Shown: piece by piece, positions 22,889-32,606 of the stretch | Layout of the letters: the number at the start of each line of letters is the position of its first letter | Position numbering within the stretch: the first letter of the stretch is position 1 | Source of the DNA: a bacterium | GTDB taxonomy: Bacteria > Zhuqueibacterota > Zhuqueibacteria > Residuimicrobiales > Krinioviventaceae | Direction: 5' to 3' | Length of the DNA stretch: 64,000 nt | NCBI GenBank assembly: GCA_963675755.2 | Contig: CAXXMD010000002.1 | Span: 1,984,001 to 2,048,000, forward strand | The notes under the pieces: model-generated | Databases searched by the model: none | Told to the model about the DNA's origin: nothing | The model's input: the letters and a program-made list of their open reading frames with translations, nothing else | Translations under genes and position numbers: made by a program

Positions 22889-23422
22889 CTAATTATCATT
22901 CCTGGCAGAGGCAATTCGTTCATTCAATATTTTGACAAATTCCTGCTCATTAGCAGGTGAAATTCCATACTTTTTGCTGCTTGTCTCTATCAGGATAACA
23001 TCCTTGAGCATGCTGGTAGAGTACATCTTAACATTTCCTTTATCCGTGTAATACACAGTAAACAAGGTATATCCCGGCAGCTTGAATCCTGTTGATGTAA
23101 TGGAATATGCCAAATCCGTTTTAACATAATTTATCATTTCAGCAAAATCAATTTCATCTTTGAATGGACCGCATTGTAATATCAAAGCATTGCTGGTTAT
23201 TGTATAACGCATTGTGGGGTAAATAATTAAGAAAAAGAATGATATAATAAATACAGCACCCATCAAAAACACAGTAAAAATATTTAATACGATAATTTCT
23301 GCAGAATTCCAATCTACAACAGAAATATAAAAAACAATGTGTGATATGAAAAACACAGGGACCAGGATTATTAAAAACCACCCCATAATGGATATTCGAG
23401 GTTTGAAAACATTATTATTCAT
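22889..23422 (-). CDS. membrane protein with bacterial PH domain
   Basis: Two TM helices, then YTITSNALIL..G and VILIET..KYGISP pattern. Confidence 0.7.
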   Translation of the reverse strand: MNNNVFKPRISIMGWFLIILVPVFFISHIVFYISVVDWNSAEIIVLNIFTVFLMGAVFIISFFFLIIYPTMRYTITSNALILQCGPFKDEIDFAEMINYVKTDLAYSITSTGFKLPGYTLFTVYYTDKGNVKMYSTSMLKDVILIETSSKKYGISPANEQEFVKILNERIASARNDN

Positions 23423-23443
23423 ATTTTTAATTGACCAATTTTT

Positions 23444-24016
23444 TCAATTCAACCGATCAGAGATATCAAACTTTTTACTGATCTCTTGTAATTCCTGCTC
23501 GGTAATGGCATTCTCATTTAAAAGCCAGTTTAATCGCTTCAACTCTGCAGCATTATCTTTTTGGGGATCGATATAAAAATACTGATCACGAAGATATTGC
23601 CGCTTATGTTCATAGATTTGTTCTATAAATGCATTTACTGCATTTTCATTCGGTTTGTTCTTGAACATAAACAATCCTGTACCGTTATTTAGCATTATAA
23701 TCTTGTAACGTTTTTTAGTGATTTGATAAAATGCACCAATAATAACGGTCATAATGATCCAAAATCCCAATGGCCTTAGATTCGCTCCGGTAATCATTTC
23801 GTACGCTATGCCAATCACAGAAAACACAGCAAAAGATAGTGTGATATAAAACAGACGCGCACTTTTATCATACTGGTTACGAATATTTTGGGTAATATCC
23901 TCGTAGCTGACAAAATACTCGGAATCACCACTGGCATCCTTGGAGTGACATTGAATACCATTTTTTTTCAATACAAAAGATCTTTTTTCGAATAACGTTT
24001 TTTGTTTGAATTCCAT
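23444..24016 (-). CDS. hypothetical membrane protein
   Basis: GAGGGG RBS, two TM helices, SHOCT-like C-terminus (LNWLLNENAITEQE). Confidence 0.65.
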   Translation of the reverse strand: MEFKQKTLFEKRSFVLKKNGIQCHSKDASGDSEYFVSYEDITQNIRNQYDKSARLFYITLSFAVFSVIGIAYEMITGANLRPLGFWIIMTVIIGAFYQITKKRYKIIMLNNGTGLFMFKNKPNENAVNAFIEQIYEHKRQYLRDQYFYIDPQKDNAAELKRLNWLLNENAITEQELQEISKKFDISDRLN

Positions 24017-24382
24017 ATCTTGCCCCTCAAATTATAAATCACATCAAATGTATTTAACCGTTATTACATCTGTTTTTCGAAAAATTCAGTACGAAATAAA
24101 ACTTTGATTTAAAAACTTGAAATAAAACCCCAGCTATTATAAGCAATAATCAATTAATGAAATAAAAAATAAAGATGCAACAGGAATATGCAGAGCAGCC
24201 AGAGGAATTTCTATCGAAACACCAAAGCCCTTTGATATGCCTCAAGAGGTCGCATTCCATTTCAGGCAATACCAAAGGGCTCGTCCCATGTGGTATATTA
24301 TAACATATATGCCCGGCTTTTCGATACATCCCGATCCACCCGCTGGCGGACGGGATTCACTGGGCCCGGTCTTTTACACTAT

Positions 24383-24892
24383 TTAAGCCGGAGTAAAATA
24401 ACTCCGTATATCATCATCAGATTTTTCCAGTCCCCAAAAAATATATCCCTTTTCCACAATCTTGTCCACCAACGGAGCAGGATAAAACGGAGTAGTCAAT
24501 TCCAAAATCTGGCCCGGTAGCAGATCTTTAACTTCAGTAGTCACCAAACCCAGCGGATGTTCGCCTTTATCCAGCATGGGACGCGCATCAATACGTTTCA
24601 CAATGGTTCCGGTTTTGAACCAGACCGGGGGTTCATCCTGATTTTTGTTTATATTTTTAACATCAACAGGCTCCTGTCCCGCTTTGATTCGCAAAGCATT
24701 CAACAAAGTATACAATTCGATCTTGCCAACCAAAGCAGCCTGGTTCACAGATGTAACTCTGGCAACGGTTCGTTTCAACATGGGATTCTTTAATTTTTTA
24801 AATGCCGGAGCCAATTCTATCAATGTATCTTCAAGTTGGGGGAATTCATCCAGCATTTCCCCGATTTTGGTGTTGGGTCTTATATCTAACAT
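24383..24892 (-). CDS. DUF1858 domain protein (with DUF2249-like C-terminal part)
   Basis: IRPNTKIGEMLDEFPQL..FKKLKNP; IDARPMLDKGEHP..F.PAPL. Start at ATG 24892, 4 nt after the upstream stop. Confidence 0.8.
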   Translation of the reverse strand: MLDIRPNTKIGEMLDEFPQLEDTLIELAPAFKKLKNPMLKRTVARVTSVNQAALVGKIELYTLLNALRIKAGQEPVDVKNINKNQDEPPVWFKTGTIVKRIDARPMLDKGEHPLGLVTTEVKDLLPGQILELTTPFYPAPLVDKIVEKGYIFWGLEKSDDDIRSYFTPA

Positions 24893-24896
24893 AATA

Positions 24897-26129
24897 CTAC
24901 TCCTTGTCAGTTTCATAAGATAACAAACGTTGTTCTCCTTCCAGGGCACGATAACCCGAAAGGTCTTGTGAGACTTCTAACGTGCCTAAATAGTCGCCCT
25001 TTTCATTACGCACTGCAAAATATTCAATATGGATAAATTTTCCGCCCATATTGATCCAAAAGGGTGCATGACTCTGTCTGCCGCTTTTAAAATCATCCAG
25101 AATCTGATCTACAATATGCACACTGCCTGGAGGATGACACATTTGCACTTTACGATTCAGAATGGTCCTGTTTCGGTCAAATATGCGATGACTGCCTTGT
25201 GAAAAGTATTTCACATTATCATCCTTGTCTACAAATGTCATATCCACTGGCAGTGTATTGAGCATGCTCACCAGTTCTTCATTGGTAAAACTACCGCTTG
25301 GGAATTGAATGCGATCAGACACAACCTGCTGCTCTGCAGGTTGTATTTCAATATTCTCCGGCTGCCATTTTTCCTGCGGATCATACAAACAAAATCCGAT
25401 CTCTATACTGGCATTGTAAATTTCCAACCAGTCCGCATCAGTCAAACGTTCGGCACACATGGGCAGCAGAATTTTCTCTTCCTTATAAACCATCTCTTCC
25501 AAGGCCGTTGTAGCGGGTATAATGAGAAATTCGACAACCGATTCCAGATCCTCTTTACTTAGTTCTCCTTCAACAGATAATCCTTCATGCACTGCTTTGA
25601 GCTGCTCGCGTATCTCGTCATGTTTTCCCCACATAACTGTGGGAGGACCGGTAATACCCAGTTTTTCCAAAAACGGGAACAATAGATTTTCTTTCCGACG
25701 ATAATGCTTGTCCACATCCATAAGATTATTAAAATGTTGTTTGTATTGCAAGAGCAGTTCAGTTGGTTTTGTGCTGGCGATCTTTTTATGAATCGCTTCA
25801 AGTTCAGCAATTTCCAGTTGTATAGCGCGGTTCTCCTGCACAAAGGTATGAATGGGGTGACCAGGGGGAACATCCAGCGAGTTATCTTCTGAAACAACAC
25901 CCTTTAATGCCTGGGAATGCACATCACACAGTTTAATAACCTCTTCCTGCGGCAAACCCTCGGCAATTAATTCCTGTTCAACTTCTACCACTTCACCATA
26001 GGGCACCTGTCCCAGCATGTCCAGCAACTGGTTCCTTACAACATCTACTTCTTTACCTTCATGCAATTGCAAGATCATATGCTTTAACAATTGCTTACGC
26101 TTGTCCATATTATTTATCAATTCACTCAT
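24897..26129 (-). CDS. DUF438 / hemerythrin-like / PAS domain protein
   Basis: EVEQELI..LCDVH, GHPIHTF..EN, HYRRKENLLFP, VMWGKHD, C-terminal PAS (LPVDMTFVD..CHPP). Confidence 0.9.
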   Translation of the reverse strand: MSELINNMDKRKQLLKHMILQLHEGKEVDVVRNQLLDMLGQVPYGEVVEVEQELIAEGLPQEEVIKLCDVHSQALKGVVSEDNSLDVPPGHPIHTFVQENRAIQLEIAELEAIHKKIASTKPTELLLQYKQHFNNLMDVDKHYRRKENLLFPFLEKLGITGPPTVMWGKHDEIREQLKAVHEGLSVEGELSKEDLESVVEFLIIPATTALEEMVYKEEKILLPMCAERLTDADWLEIYNASIEIGFCLYDPQEKWQPENIEIQPAEQQVVSDRIQFPSGSFTNEELVSMLNTLPVDMTFVDKDDNVKYFSQGSHRIFDRNRTILNRKVQMCHPPGSVHIVDQILDDFKSGRQSHAPFWINMGGKFIHIEYFAVRNEKGDYLGTLEVSQDLSGYRALEGEQRLLSYETDKE

Positions 26130-26198
26130 GATCTATTCCTTTCAGATATAATTATCCTTTTTACATGATAAATATAATACAGAATCGGTCTAAAATCA

Positions 26199-26212
26199 TT
26201 GATTCACATCAA
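26199..26212. promoter_or_regulatory. CRP/FNR-family binding site
   Basis: TTGAT-TCAC-ATCAA is a perfect FNR consensus, 70 bp upstream of the DUF438 start, with a minus-strand TATATT -10 at 26176-26171. Confidence 0.75.
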
Positions 26213-26252
26213 GCGAATTGCAGATAAATGATAAAATTAGTTAAGAAAGGCA

Positions 26253-26279
26253 AAAAACCTCCGCCAGGCAGCGGAGGTC
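26253..26279 (-). terminator. intrinsic terminator of the metallophosphoesterase gene
   Basis: ACCTCCGC-caggca-GCGGAGGT stem, with an A-run on + (U-tract on -). Confidence 0.65.
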
Positions 26280-26297
26280 ATAAGATAAAAAATTTAA

Positions 26298-27242
26298 TTA
26301 TTCAAACACCGGTACCACATTGCGAATACCAATCTCACCACCCTTGGCCGGTAATGTGATCAGCTTGCCGCCCGTTGGCCAGGCCCATTTGGTAGATTCA
26401 CCCGTAATGTATCCATACGCCAGGATGATTCCGCCGGTATATTCTCCCCAATAACTATTATAATGATCATGGCCGCAAAAGGTAGCGCGAATGTTCCCTA
26501 CCTCTACAAATGCATCATACACACTGCCATCGTCTTCTTCATAATAGACTTTTTCCTTACTTTCACCCTGTTTGGGGATGCTGGTATCGTTCCACAAGTC
26601 CTGATACTGTTTTAACGGAATGTGAAAAAACGCGATTGCAGGATCATCATACTTTTTCGACATGTCCCGGTACCAGTCCAACTGGTCCGCTTTAATGGAT
26701 TTAAATCCCTTTTGCGAACCGGAATCAAAATTCCAGAGCTGCCAGGCGGTTTTATCACCGGATTTCACCTCGATTACATAATCATATTTCTTGCTGTCGC
26801 CATTGCCATGGTAACCCAACATACCCCATTGAGAGCATTCAAACACCTGTGCAATTGAGTCTCTGCCGAATCCGCCTTCGGGGTCATGGTTACCGTAAAT
26901 GAACAACCAGGGACGTTCAAAAGCGTCGAAAACATTTACAACTGATGATACCATCAAATGGCCCTCGTTTTCCCAGCCGGTCATAATATCACCGGTCAAT
27001 GCAATTATGTGGGGATCATACATTTCCACCAGTTTGCGGACACGTTGAAAGGTAACAAGATCTTTTTTCCATCTTTCCGTATGCCCCAGGTGCATATCGG
27101 TAAACTGTAAAATCCGTATGGAATCCGCGCAATCACAGACGGTTACCTCAAAGCGATCGGTATCAGTTTGAACGGGTTTGATCTGCGCAAATCCCAGCAT
27201 GCTGGTAAACAATATGAGTAATACAGTAAAATTTCTTTTCAT
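26298..27242 (-). CDS. secreted calcineurin-like metallophosphoesterase (DCR2/PAP29-like)
   Basis: Signal peptide; QFTDMH, LTGD, GNHD, AFFHIPL, CGHDH motifs. Confidence 0.9.
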   Translation of the reverse strand: MKRNFTVLLILFTSMLGFAQIKPVQTDTDRFEVTVCDCADSIRILQFTDMHLGHTERWKKDLVTFQRVRKLVEMYDPHIIALTGDIMTGWENEGHLMVSSVVNVFDAFERPWLFIYGNHDPEGGFGRDSIAQVFECSQWGMLGYHGNGDSKKYDYVIEVKSGDKTAWQLWNFDSGSQKGFKSIKADQLDWYRDMSKKYDDPAIAFFHIPLKQYQDLWNDTSIPKQGESKEKVYYEEDDGSVYDAFVEVGNIRATFCGHDHYNSYWGEYTGGIILAYGYITGESTKWAWPTGGKLITLPAKGGEIGIRNVVPVFE

Positions 27243-27452
27243 TCATTTCTCCAAATCAGATAACGGTTAATCATTTACAGAAGCTAATTTAACATATATC
27301 ATGATTCATTACAACGAATAATTTCCCGCTTTTGCGCCGGTACCAACGGAAACCAGCGCAGTTTTTTCTTGATTGCTTGGATTCATTTTCATACATTTTC
27401 ACGTGGGGATTTTCCCAAAATCCAAAACAATTTCGAACACACGAGGAACACG

Positions 27453-29210
27453 ATGACTCTGCGCACTCTATTTCCAACAATCGTCCTGTTACTGCTATTG
27501 GGGACAACTGTTACGTTTTCAGCGGATAAAGTATTAGAACAGTATAAGCAATTAATTAATAAACTTGAAAAGTACAAAACACAAAAGCTCGACCAGGCCG
27601 AAATTAAAAAAATCCGTTCTGAATTAATAAACATTCAATCACAATATAATAATTCTATAAACTCACAAAATTCAAAAACAGTTTATACAGACAGTACGGC
27701 ATATGAATCGGATGATATTATCATTTCTGATCTACTGATAGAAGATTCAGGCTTTGGTTTATATCAAGTAAAAGGATTTGTTAAGAATAAATCACATCAA
27801 TGTTTTGATCATCTCATAATAAACTTGCATATTTTCCAAAATGACTCCCTTGTACATACAACACCTTTATTTATACAAAAATATTCATATTCATATTTCG
27901 GTTTTTTACCATTCTCAACATCAAAGATCTGGATGTTAATGGAAAAAGTAGAATTTACAAGTTTACAATTGGATATCGATTACTCTAAAGTTGTACCCGC
28001 TGCAGGTGATAAATTTTTATGTGATCAGCTTCTTGTATTAAAAGATAATAATTTTGAAGAACTGGAAATGTTCTATTCGCGTTGGTTAAACTGGTCCGGC
28101 TGCATTGTAAATGCTTATAATTATTTTATTTCTTATCCGGAAATTGAAGCAATTATGTACAAAAACAATCAAATTGTAGATACGTTTCCTGTATATCTTG
28201 ATATGCCTTGTCAATTATCAGAAAAAGTTGCTATCAGTATAGTCACTCAAAAACCGGACGAATGGGAGGTAATTTATTTAACCAACTGTGCAAATCAACC
28301 CATTGATATTTCAGGTTGGACTTTGGGAAATAGCATCACACCCAAAGCATACAGAATCCCTCAAAATACTACAATAAATCCATCCGTGGGTCTTTATTTT
28401 GATGATTTGAATTTTAGCATTCTGGATGAAAATGAAACCATCTATTTACACGACAACGAAGGAAACCTGGTTTGCACTTGGATTGATACAATTGATTATT
28501 ACGCATTGGCACCTGGGAATAATATATGTTTTATGAATGGTATGTTTACTAAAAATGATTTTGATAATGTACAGTATGAAATCTATTATGATGTTCAGTC
28601 TTTAACCGGCTCGGGTAATATTCCGCCCAATCTGCCGAAAACAGATAAACTCGCATATCACGCACAAGCAGGTACAGAACTACCGGTTGAATTCTTTATG
28701 ATAGATTATAATAACGATGACATGGAGCTTACCATTGATTGGGGAGACGGGACCGACTTCACAACCCAGTCCGGTATTGCATCCCGCTCTTTTCCACAGT
28801 TCACTCATACCTATACGGATACGGGAACTTTCTATATCAGCGCCAAAGCATCGGACGACAGCTCGGAAACACAATGGAGTTTTGGAATACCGGTTTTTGT
28901 ATCCGGAGCAACCACCTCTATCGATCCTGAGAATGCTGCAAATCCTATTACCTTTGCGTTGCAGCAGAATTACCCCAATCCATTTAATCCCTCTACCACC
29001 ATCAGCTATACGGTAGCGGAGAAAAGTAATGTGAGTCTTGAAATCTTTGATATCAACGGCAGGTTGGTCACAACCCTGACCGACGCCGAGCACCAGCCAG
29101 GCTCGTATCAACTGGACTGGAACGCCGCCACCCACAGCAGCGGAGTATACCTCTGCCGTATGACCGCGGGCAGTTATACAAATGTAAGAAAAATGTTATT
29201 GATCAAATAA
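27453..29210 (+). CDS. secreted protein with lamin-tail-like, PKD-like and C-terminal sorting domains
   Basis: Signal peptide after GAGGA RBS; IYLTN..PIDISGWTL (LTD), IDWGDG..HTYTDTGTF (PKD), LQQNYPNPFNPSTTI. Confidence 0.8.
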   Translation: MTLRTLFPTIVLLLLLGTTVTFSADKVLEQYKQLINKLEKYKTQKLDQAEIKKIRSELINIQSQYNNSINSQNSKTVYTDSTAYESDDIIISDLLIEDSGFGLYQVKGFVKNKSHQCFDHLIINLHIFQNDSLVHTTPLFIQKYSYSYFGFLPFSTSKIWMLMEKVEFTSLQLDIDYSKVVPAAGDKFLCDQLLVLKDNNFEELEMFYSRWLNWSGCIVNAYNYFISYPEIEAIMYKNNQIVDTFPVYLDMPCQLSEKVAISIVTQKPDEWEVIYLTNCANQPIDISGWTLGNSITPKAYRIPQNTTINPSVGLYFDDLNFSILDENETIYLHDNEGNLVCTWIDTIDYYALAPGNNICFMNGMFTKNDFDNVQYEIYYDVQSLTGSGNIPPNLPKTDKLAYHAQAGTELPVEFFMIDYNNDDMELTIDWGDGTDFTTQSGIASRSFPQFTHTYTDTGTFYISAKASDDSSETQWSFGIPVFVSGATTSIDPENAANPITFALQQNYPNPFNPSTTISYTVAEKSNVSLEIFDINGRLVTTLTDAEHQPGSYQLDWNAATHSSGVYLCRMTAGSYTNVRKMLLIK

Positions 29211-29220
29211 AAAATCAGTT

Positions 29221-29251
29221 ACTCCCCGAATGTCAATAATTCGGGGAGTTT
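29221..29251 (+). terminator. intrinsic terminator
   Basis: ACTCCCCGAAT...ATTCGGGGAGT followed by T's. Confidence 0.65.
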
Positions 29252-29330
29252 ACCTCACTTTAAATCCAATTTCATATTGACACTGTGCCGTATTTTCTCT
29301 ATTTTATAAAAGTAAATCAAGAGGGATAAA

Positions 29331-31067
29331 ATGGGGCAAAACATATCCATCATTATCATGCTGCTTGTATTCGCCGGGATATCAACTGCGGCAGATTCAT
29401 ATCCGAATTGCATTCAAAATTCAAAAAATATTAAAGATCTGCATGTACAAAAGCACGTCTCTCAAACAAGTCCGGAAACCGGCACTGACAATCTTGTCAC
29501 CTATACACATGAGATTGATCTGGAAACCATTAATCATAACCAGGACATCTATGAATGCGGAGATCTGGTTATCACGAATCTCATGTTCGCGCATATTTTT
29601 GACACCATTCAGCGTGTTACATGCCGTTCAAAAAGTATTTCTCATCAGTATCTGGACAATGTCGTCATTAGAATCAATTACTATCTCGATGACGAGTTGA
29701 TGTATACCTATCCGTTTCTGGTTTACGACTATACATTCAATTGGCAGGGCATGCTCCCCTATTCCGGATCAATTCTCATGACGGCAACAAACGCATTGTC
29801 CTATAATCGTATCGAGTTGTTTGTCCAATATGAAATTGCAAGCCCCCAAGAAGATGATTTCTTTATGTGCGATCAATTGCTGTCCTGGTCTGAAAACTCG
29901 TTTGAACTTGCAAAAACCAACGCCAATAACGATTCATGGAAATGGCTGGGATGTATTATCAATTCGTCCAATTATCCGATACTTTCACCCGCTATCAGAA
30001 CTGATTTTTTCCTTAATAACCAGTTTGTACAAACGTCAAGGCCCTTTCTTTTTCCTGAATGTGAAAACTCGGATAATATAAAAATAAGAGATGTTTACCA
30101 GGCACCCGATTCTCTGATCTGGATCGAATTATCAAATTGCAGCGATGAAAACCAGGATTACTCTGGCTGGTCACTGGGAAACAGCACCAATCCCAAAGCA
30201 TATACCTTTCCCGAAAACAATTACATGTACAGAAAAACCATTATATGGTTATCCTCCGCTGATCTCAATTTTCAGGTTCTGGATGAGAATGGAGCGGTAT
30301 ATTTGTACGATAACACCGGAACATTGATTTCCACATGGGATGAAAATTCAAATAATCTACTGTTTCAACCGGAACAACATGTTTGTTTTGATGATTATAT
30401 CGTAACGAAATTGGGAGTTGATCGTTTCCAATTTTCTTTAACATACGAGCCCCAACCCCTTGAAGGCACTGGCAATATTCCGCCCAACCTCCCGCAAATG
30501 GAAAAACTCTTCTATGAAACAGAGGTAGGAGATGCATTATCGATTGAATTTTTTATAATCGATTACAATAACGATGACATGGAGCTCACCATTGATTGGG
30601 GAGACGGGACCAATTTTACAACCCTATCTGGTGTGGCTTCACGCTCGTTTCCGCAGTTCATCCACACCTATGCGGATACGGGAACGTTCTATATCAGCGC
30701 CAAAGCCTCAGACGACAGCTCGGAAACACAATGGAGTTTTGGCGTGCCGGTATATGTTTCAGGAACCCCTACAGCAATCGACCAGGAAAATGCTGCAAAT
30801 CCCGTAACCTTTGCGTTGCAGCAGAATTACCCCAATCCCTTCAATCCATCTACCACTATCAGTTATACGGTAGCGGAGAAAAGTACTGTACTTCTTGAAA
30901 TCTTTGACGTTAATGGCAGGCTGGTCAACACCCTGACCAACACCGAGCACCAGCCAGGATCATATCAACTGGACTGGAACGCCGCAACCCACAGCAGCGG
31001 AGTATACCTCTGTCGCATGACCGCAGGTAGTTATACAAGCGTCAGGAAAATGTTGTTGATCAAATAA
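29331..31067 (+). CDS. secreted LTD/PKD/sorting-domain protein, paralog of 27453-29210
   Basis: Same architecture; the C-terminal 200 or so residues are nearly identical to the upstream paralog. Confidence 0.8.
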   Translation: MGQNISIIIMLLVFAGISTAADSYPNCIQNSKNIKDLHVQKHVSQTSPETGTDNLVTYTHEIDLETINHNQDIYECGDLVITNLMFAHIFDTIQRVTCRSKSISHQYLDNVVIRINYYLDDELMYTYPFLVYDYTFNWQGMLPYSGSILMTATNALSYNRIELFVQYEIASPQEDDFFMCDQLLSWSENSFELAKTNANNDSWKWLGCIINSSNYPILSPAIRTDFFLNNQFVQTSRPFLFPECENSDNIKIRDVYQAPDSLIWIELSNCSDENQDYSGWSLGNSTNPKAYTFPENNYMYRKTIIWLSSADLNFQVLDENGAVYLYDNTGTLISTWDENSNNLLFQPEQHVCFDDYIVTKLGVDRFQFSLTYEPQPLEGTGNIPPNLPQMEKLFYETEVGDALSIEFFIIDYNNDDMELTIDWGDGTNFTTLSGVASRSFPQFIHTYADTGTFYISAKASDDSSETQWSFGVPVYVSGTPTAIDQENAANPVTFALQQNYPNPFNPSTTISYTVAEKSTVLLEIFDVNGRLVNTLTNTEHQPGSYQLDWNAATHSSGVYLCRMTAGSYTSVRKMLLIK

Positions 31068-31073
31068 ATCTCC

Positions 31074-31109
31074 AACTTGCAGTCCTAAAATAAAAGGACT
31101 GCAAGTTTT
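31074..31109. terminator. terminator hairpin between convergent genes
   Basis: AACTTGCAGTCCT-aaaataaa-AGGACTGCAAGTT followed by T's. Confidence 0.7.
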
Positions 31110-31140
31110 AAACGATCTCCAATTATTTCTTCATTCAAAT

Positions 31141-32559
31141 TCATACAGATGGCTTTATATTTTGATTTACATGAAACAGATTCTTTGGATCATATTTATT
31201 TTTGATCTTTACGAGTCTATCATAATTCATTTTATACGATGCTTTTACCCGGTCCTCTCCTTCTTCCATCATAAAATTCACATAAGCGCCACCAGCAGAA
31301 TAGGGATGGAGTGCATCATAATAATCTTTTGTCCATTTGGTTATTTTTCCATTATTTACCGGATCAGGATCTACTCCAACAATCACCTGCGACCAGGTTG
31401 CATCCCGATAACTCCAGGGTGTATCAGTCGCTCCAACTTTATGGGCCGCTCTATCAATAGGATAAAGATGCATTGTAGAATGACCGGTAGGCAATTGTTC
31501 GCTGAATTTTGCATGCTGTTTCACCGCATCATCACTCAATTCATTTACAAAATCTGCCCGCCAGTACCATTGTAATCCTGATGGATAGAAAACATCAAAC
31601 ATGCTCTGCAATGCCGGATAAGGAACAGGACCTACATGCTGAAAATCAGGGGGACCGAATTCCAGAATGGGTTTAAATTCTTTTTCAGCATTGTCCATAG
31701 AGCCCATATAATTCCATATAACACCGCACATCTTTTTACCATGCAAATGTTCCGGAAAAGGAGGCCCCGGTACAGTTAACGTGGCAAAAAATCCATACAA
31801 ATCATCAGAAGTATTTACAATAAAATCCCTATACCATTTCAAGACTTTTTCGGTTTTAGAGATATCCCATAGAGTGGGACCAGCATATACAGTATGAACC
31901 GGATGGGCCTGAAACAAAAAAGATGTGACAACGCCAAAATTGCCTCCACCTCCCCGAACAGCCCAAAACAGATCCTTGTTTTCTTTTGCATTCGCAACAA
32001 CAAATGAACCGTCGGCAAGAACCATTTCCACTTCTTTCAGATTGTCAATTGTCAGTCCATATTTTCGGGTCAGATAACCCAGTCCACCGCCAAGTGTAAG
32101 GCCCCCAACACCTGTAGTAGAAATAATCCCCGCAGGTACGGCCAATCCAAATGGATGGGTTGCATGGTCTACATCTCCCCATTTACATCCCCCTCCCACA
32201 CGTACGGTTTGGTTCTTTTTATCAATATGAGTATAACTGATATGTGACAAATCAATAACCAATCCATGATCACAAATCCCCAATCCCGCCGCATTATGCC
32301 CACCTCCACGAATGGATAACAAGAGATTGTTATTCCTGCCAAAGTTAACCGCAGTAATTACATCCGCAACATCCGCACAATACGCAATCATTGCAGGACG
32401 TTTATGAATCATACCATTATAAACCTTGCAGGCATTTTCATATTCGGGATCCCCTTCAACAACCAATTCTCCTCTCAAGCTCTCTCTAAACTCGTTTATC
32501 AAGATACTTTTAAGCATTGCTTTTCCACCTAATGCCGTAATTACAGAAAGATCTAACAT
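31141..32559 (-). CDS. FAD-linked oxidoreductase (FAD_binding_4 + BBE domain)
   Basis: IRGGGHN, TGVGGLTLGGGLG, DLFWAVRGGGGNFGVVT, YVNF..KYDPKNLF. ATG 32559 has a GGAGG RBS. Confidence 0.92.
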   Translation of the reverse strand: MLDLSVITALGGKAMLKSILINEFRESLRGELVVEGDPEYENACKVYNGMIHKRPAMIAYCADVADVITAVNFGRNNNLLLSIRGGGHNAAGLGICDHGLVIDLSHISYTHIDKKNQTVRVGGGCKWGDVDHATHPFGLAVPAGIISTTGVGGLTLGGGLGYLTRKYGLTIDNLKEVEMVLADGSFVVANAKENKDLFWAVRGGGGNFGVVTSFLFQAHPVHTVYAGPTLWDISKTEKVLKWYRDFIVNTSDDLYGFFATLTVPGPPFPEHLHGKKMCGVIWNYMGSMDNAEKEFKPILEFGPPDFQHVGPVPYPALQSMFDVFYPSGLQWYWRADFVNELSDDAVKQHAKFSEQLPTGHSTMHLYPIDRAAHKVGATDTPWSYRDATWSQVIVGVDPDPVNNGKITKWTKDYYDALHPYSAGGAYVNFMMEEGEDRVKASYKMNYDRLVKIKNKYDPKNLFHVNQNIKPSV

Positions 32560-32606
32560 AGTTACCTCCGTAATATTATATACAAGAAATAAACAGATCC
32601 ATACTA

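Noticed and set aside
27453-31067. Diversity-generating retroelement template/variable repeat pair
   Set aside because: Both copies are coding 3' ends, the differences are not adenine-specific by eye, and there is no reverse transcriptase in the window.
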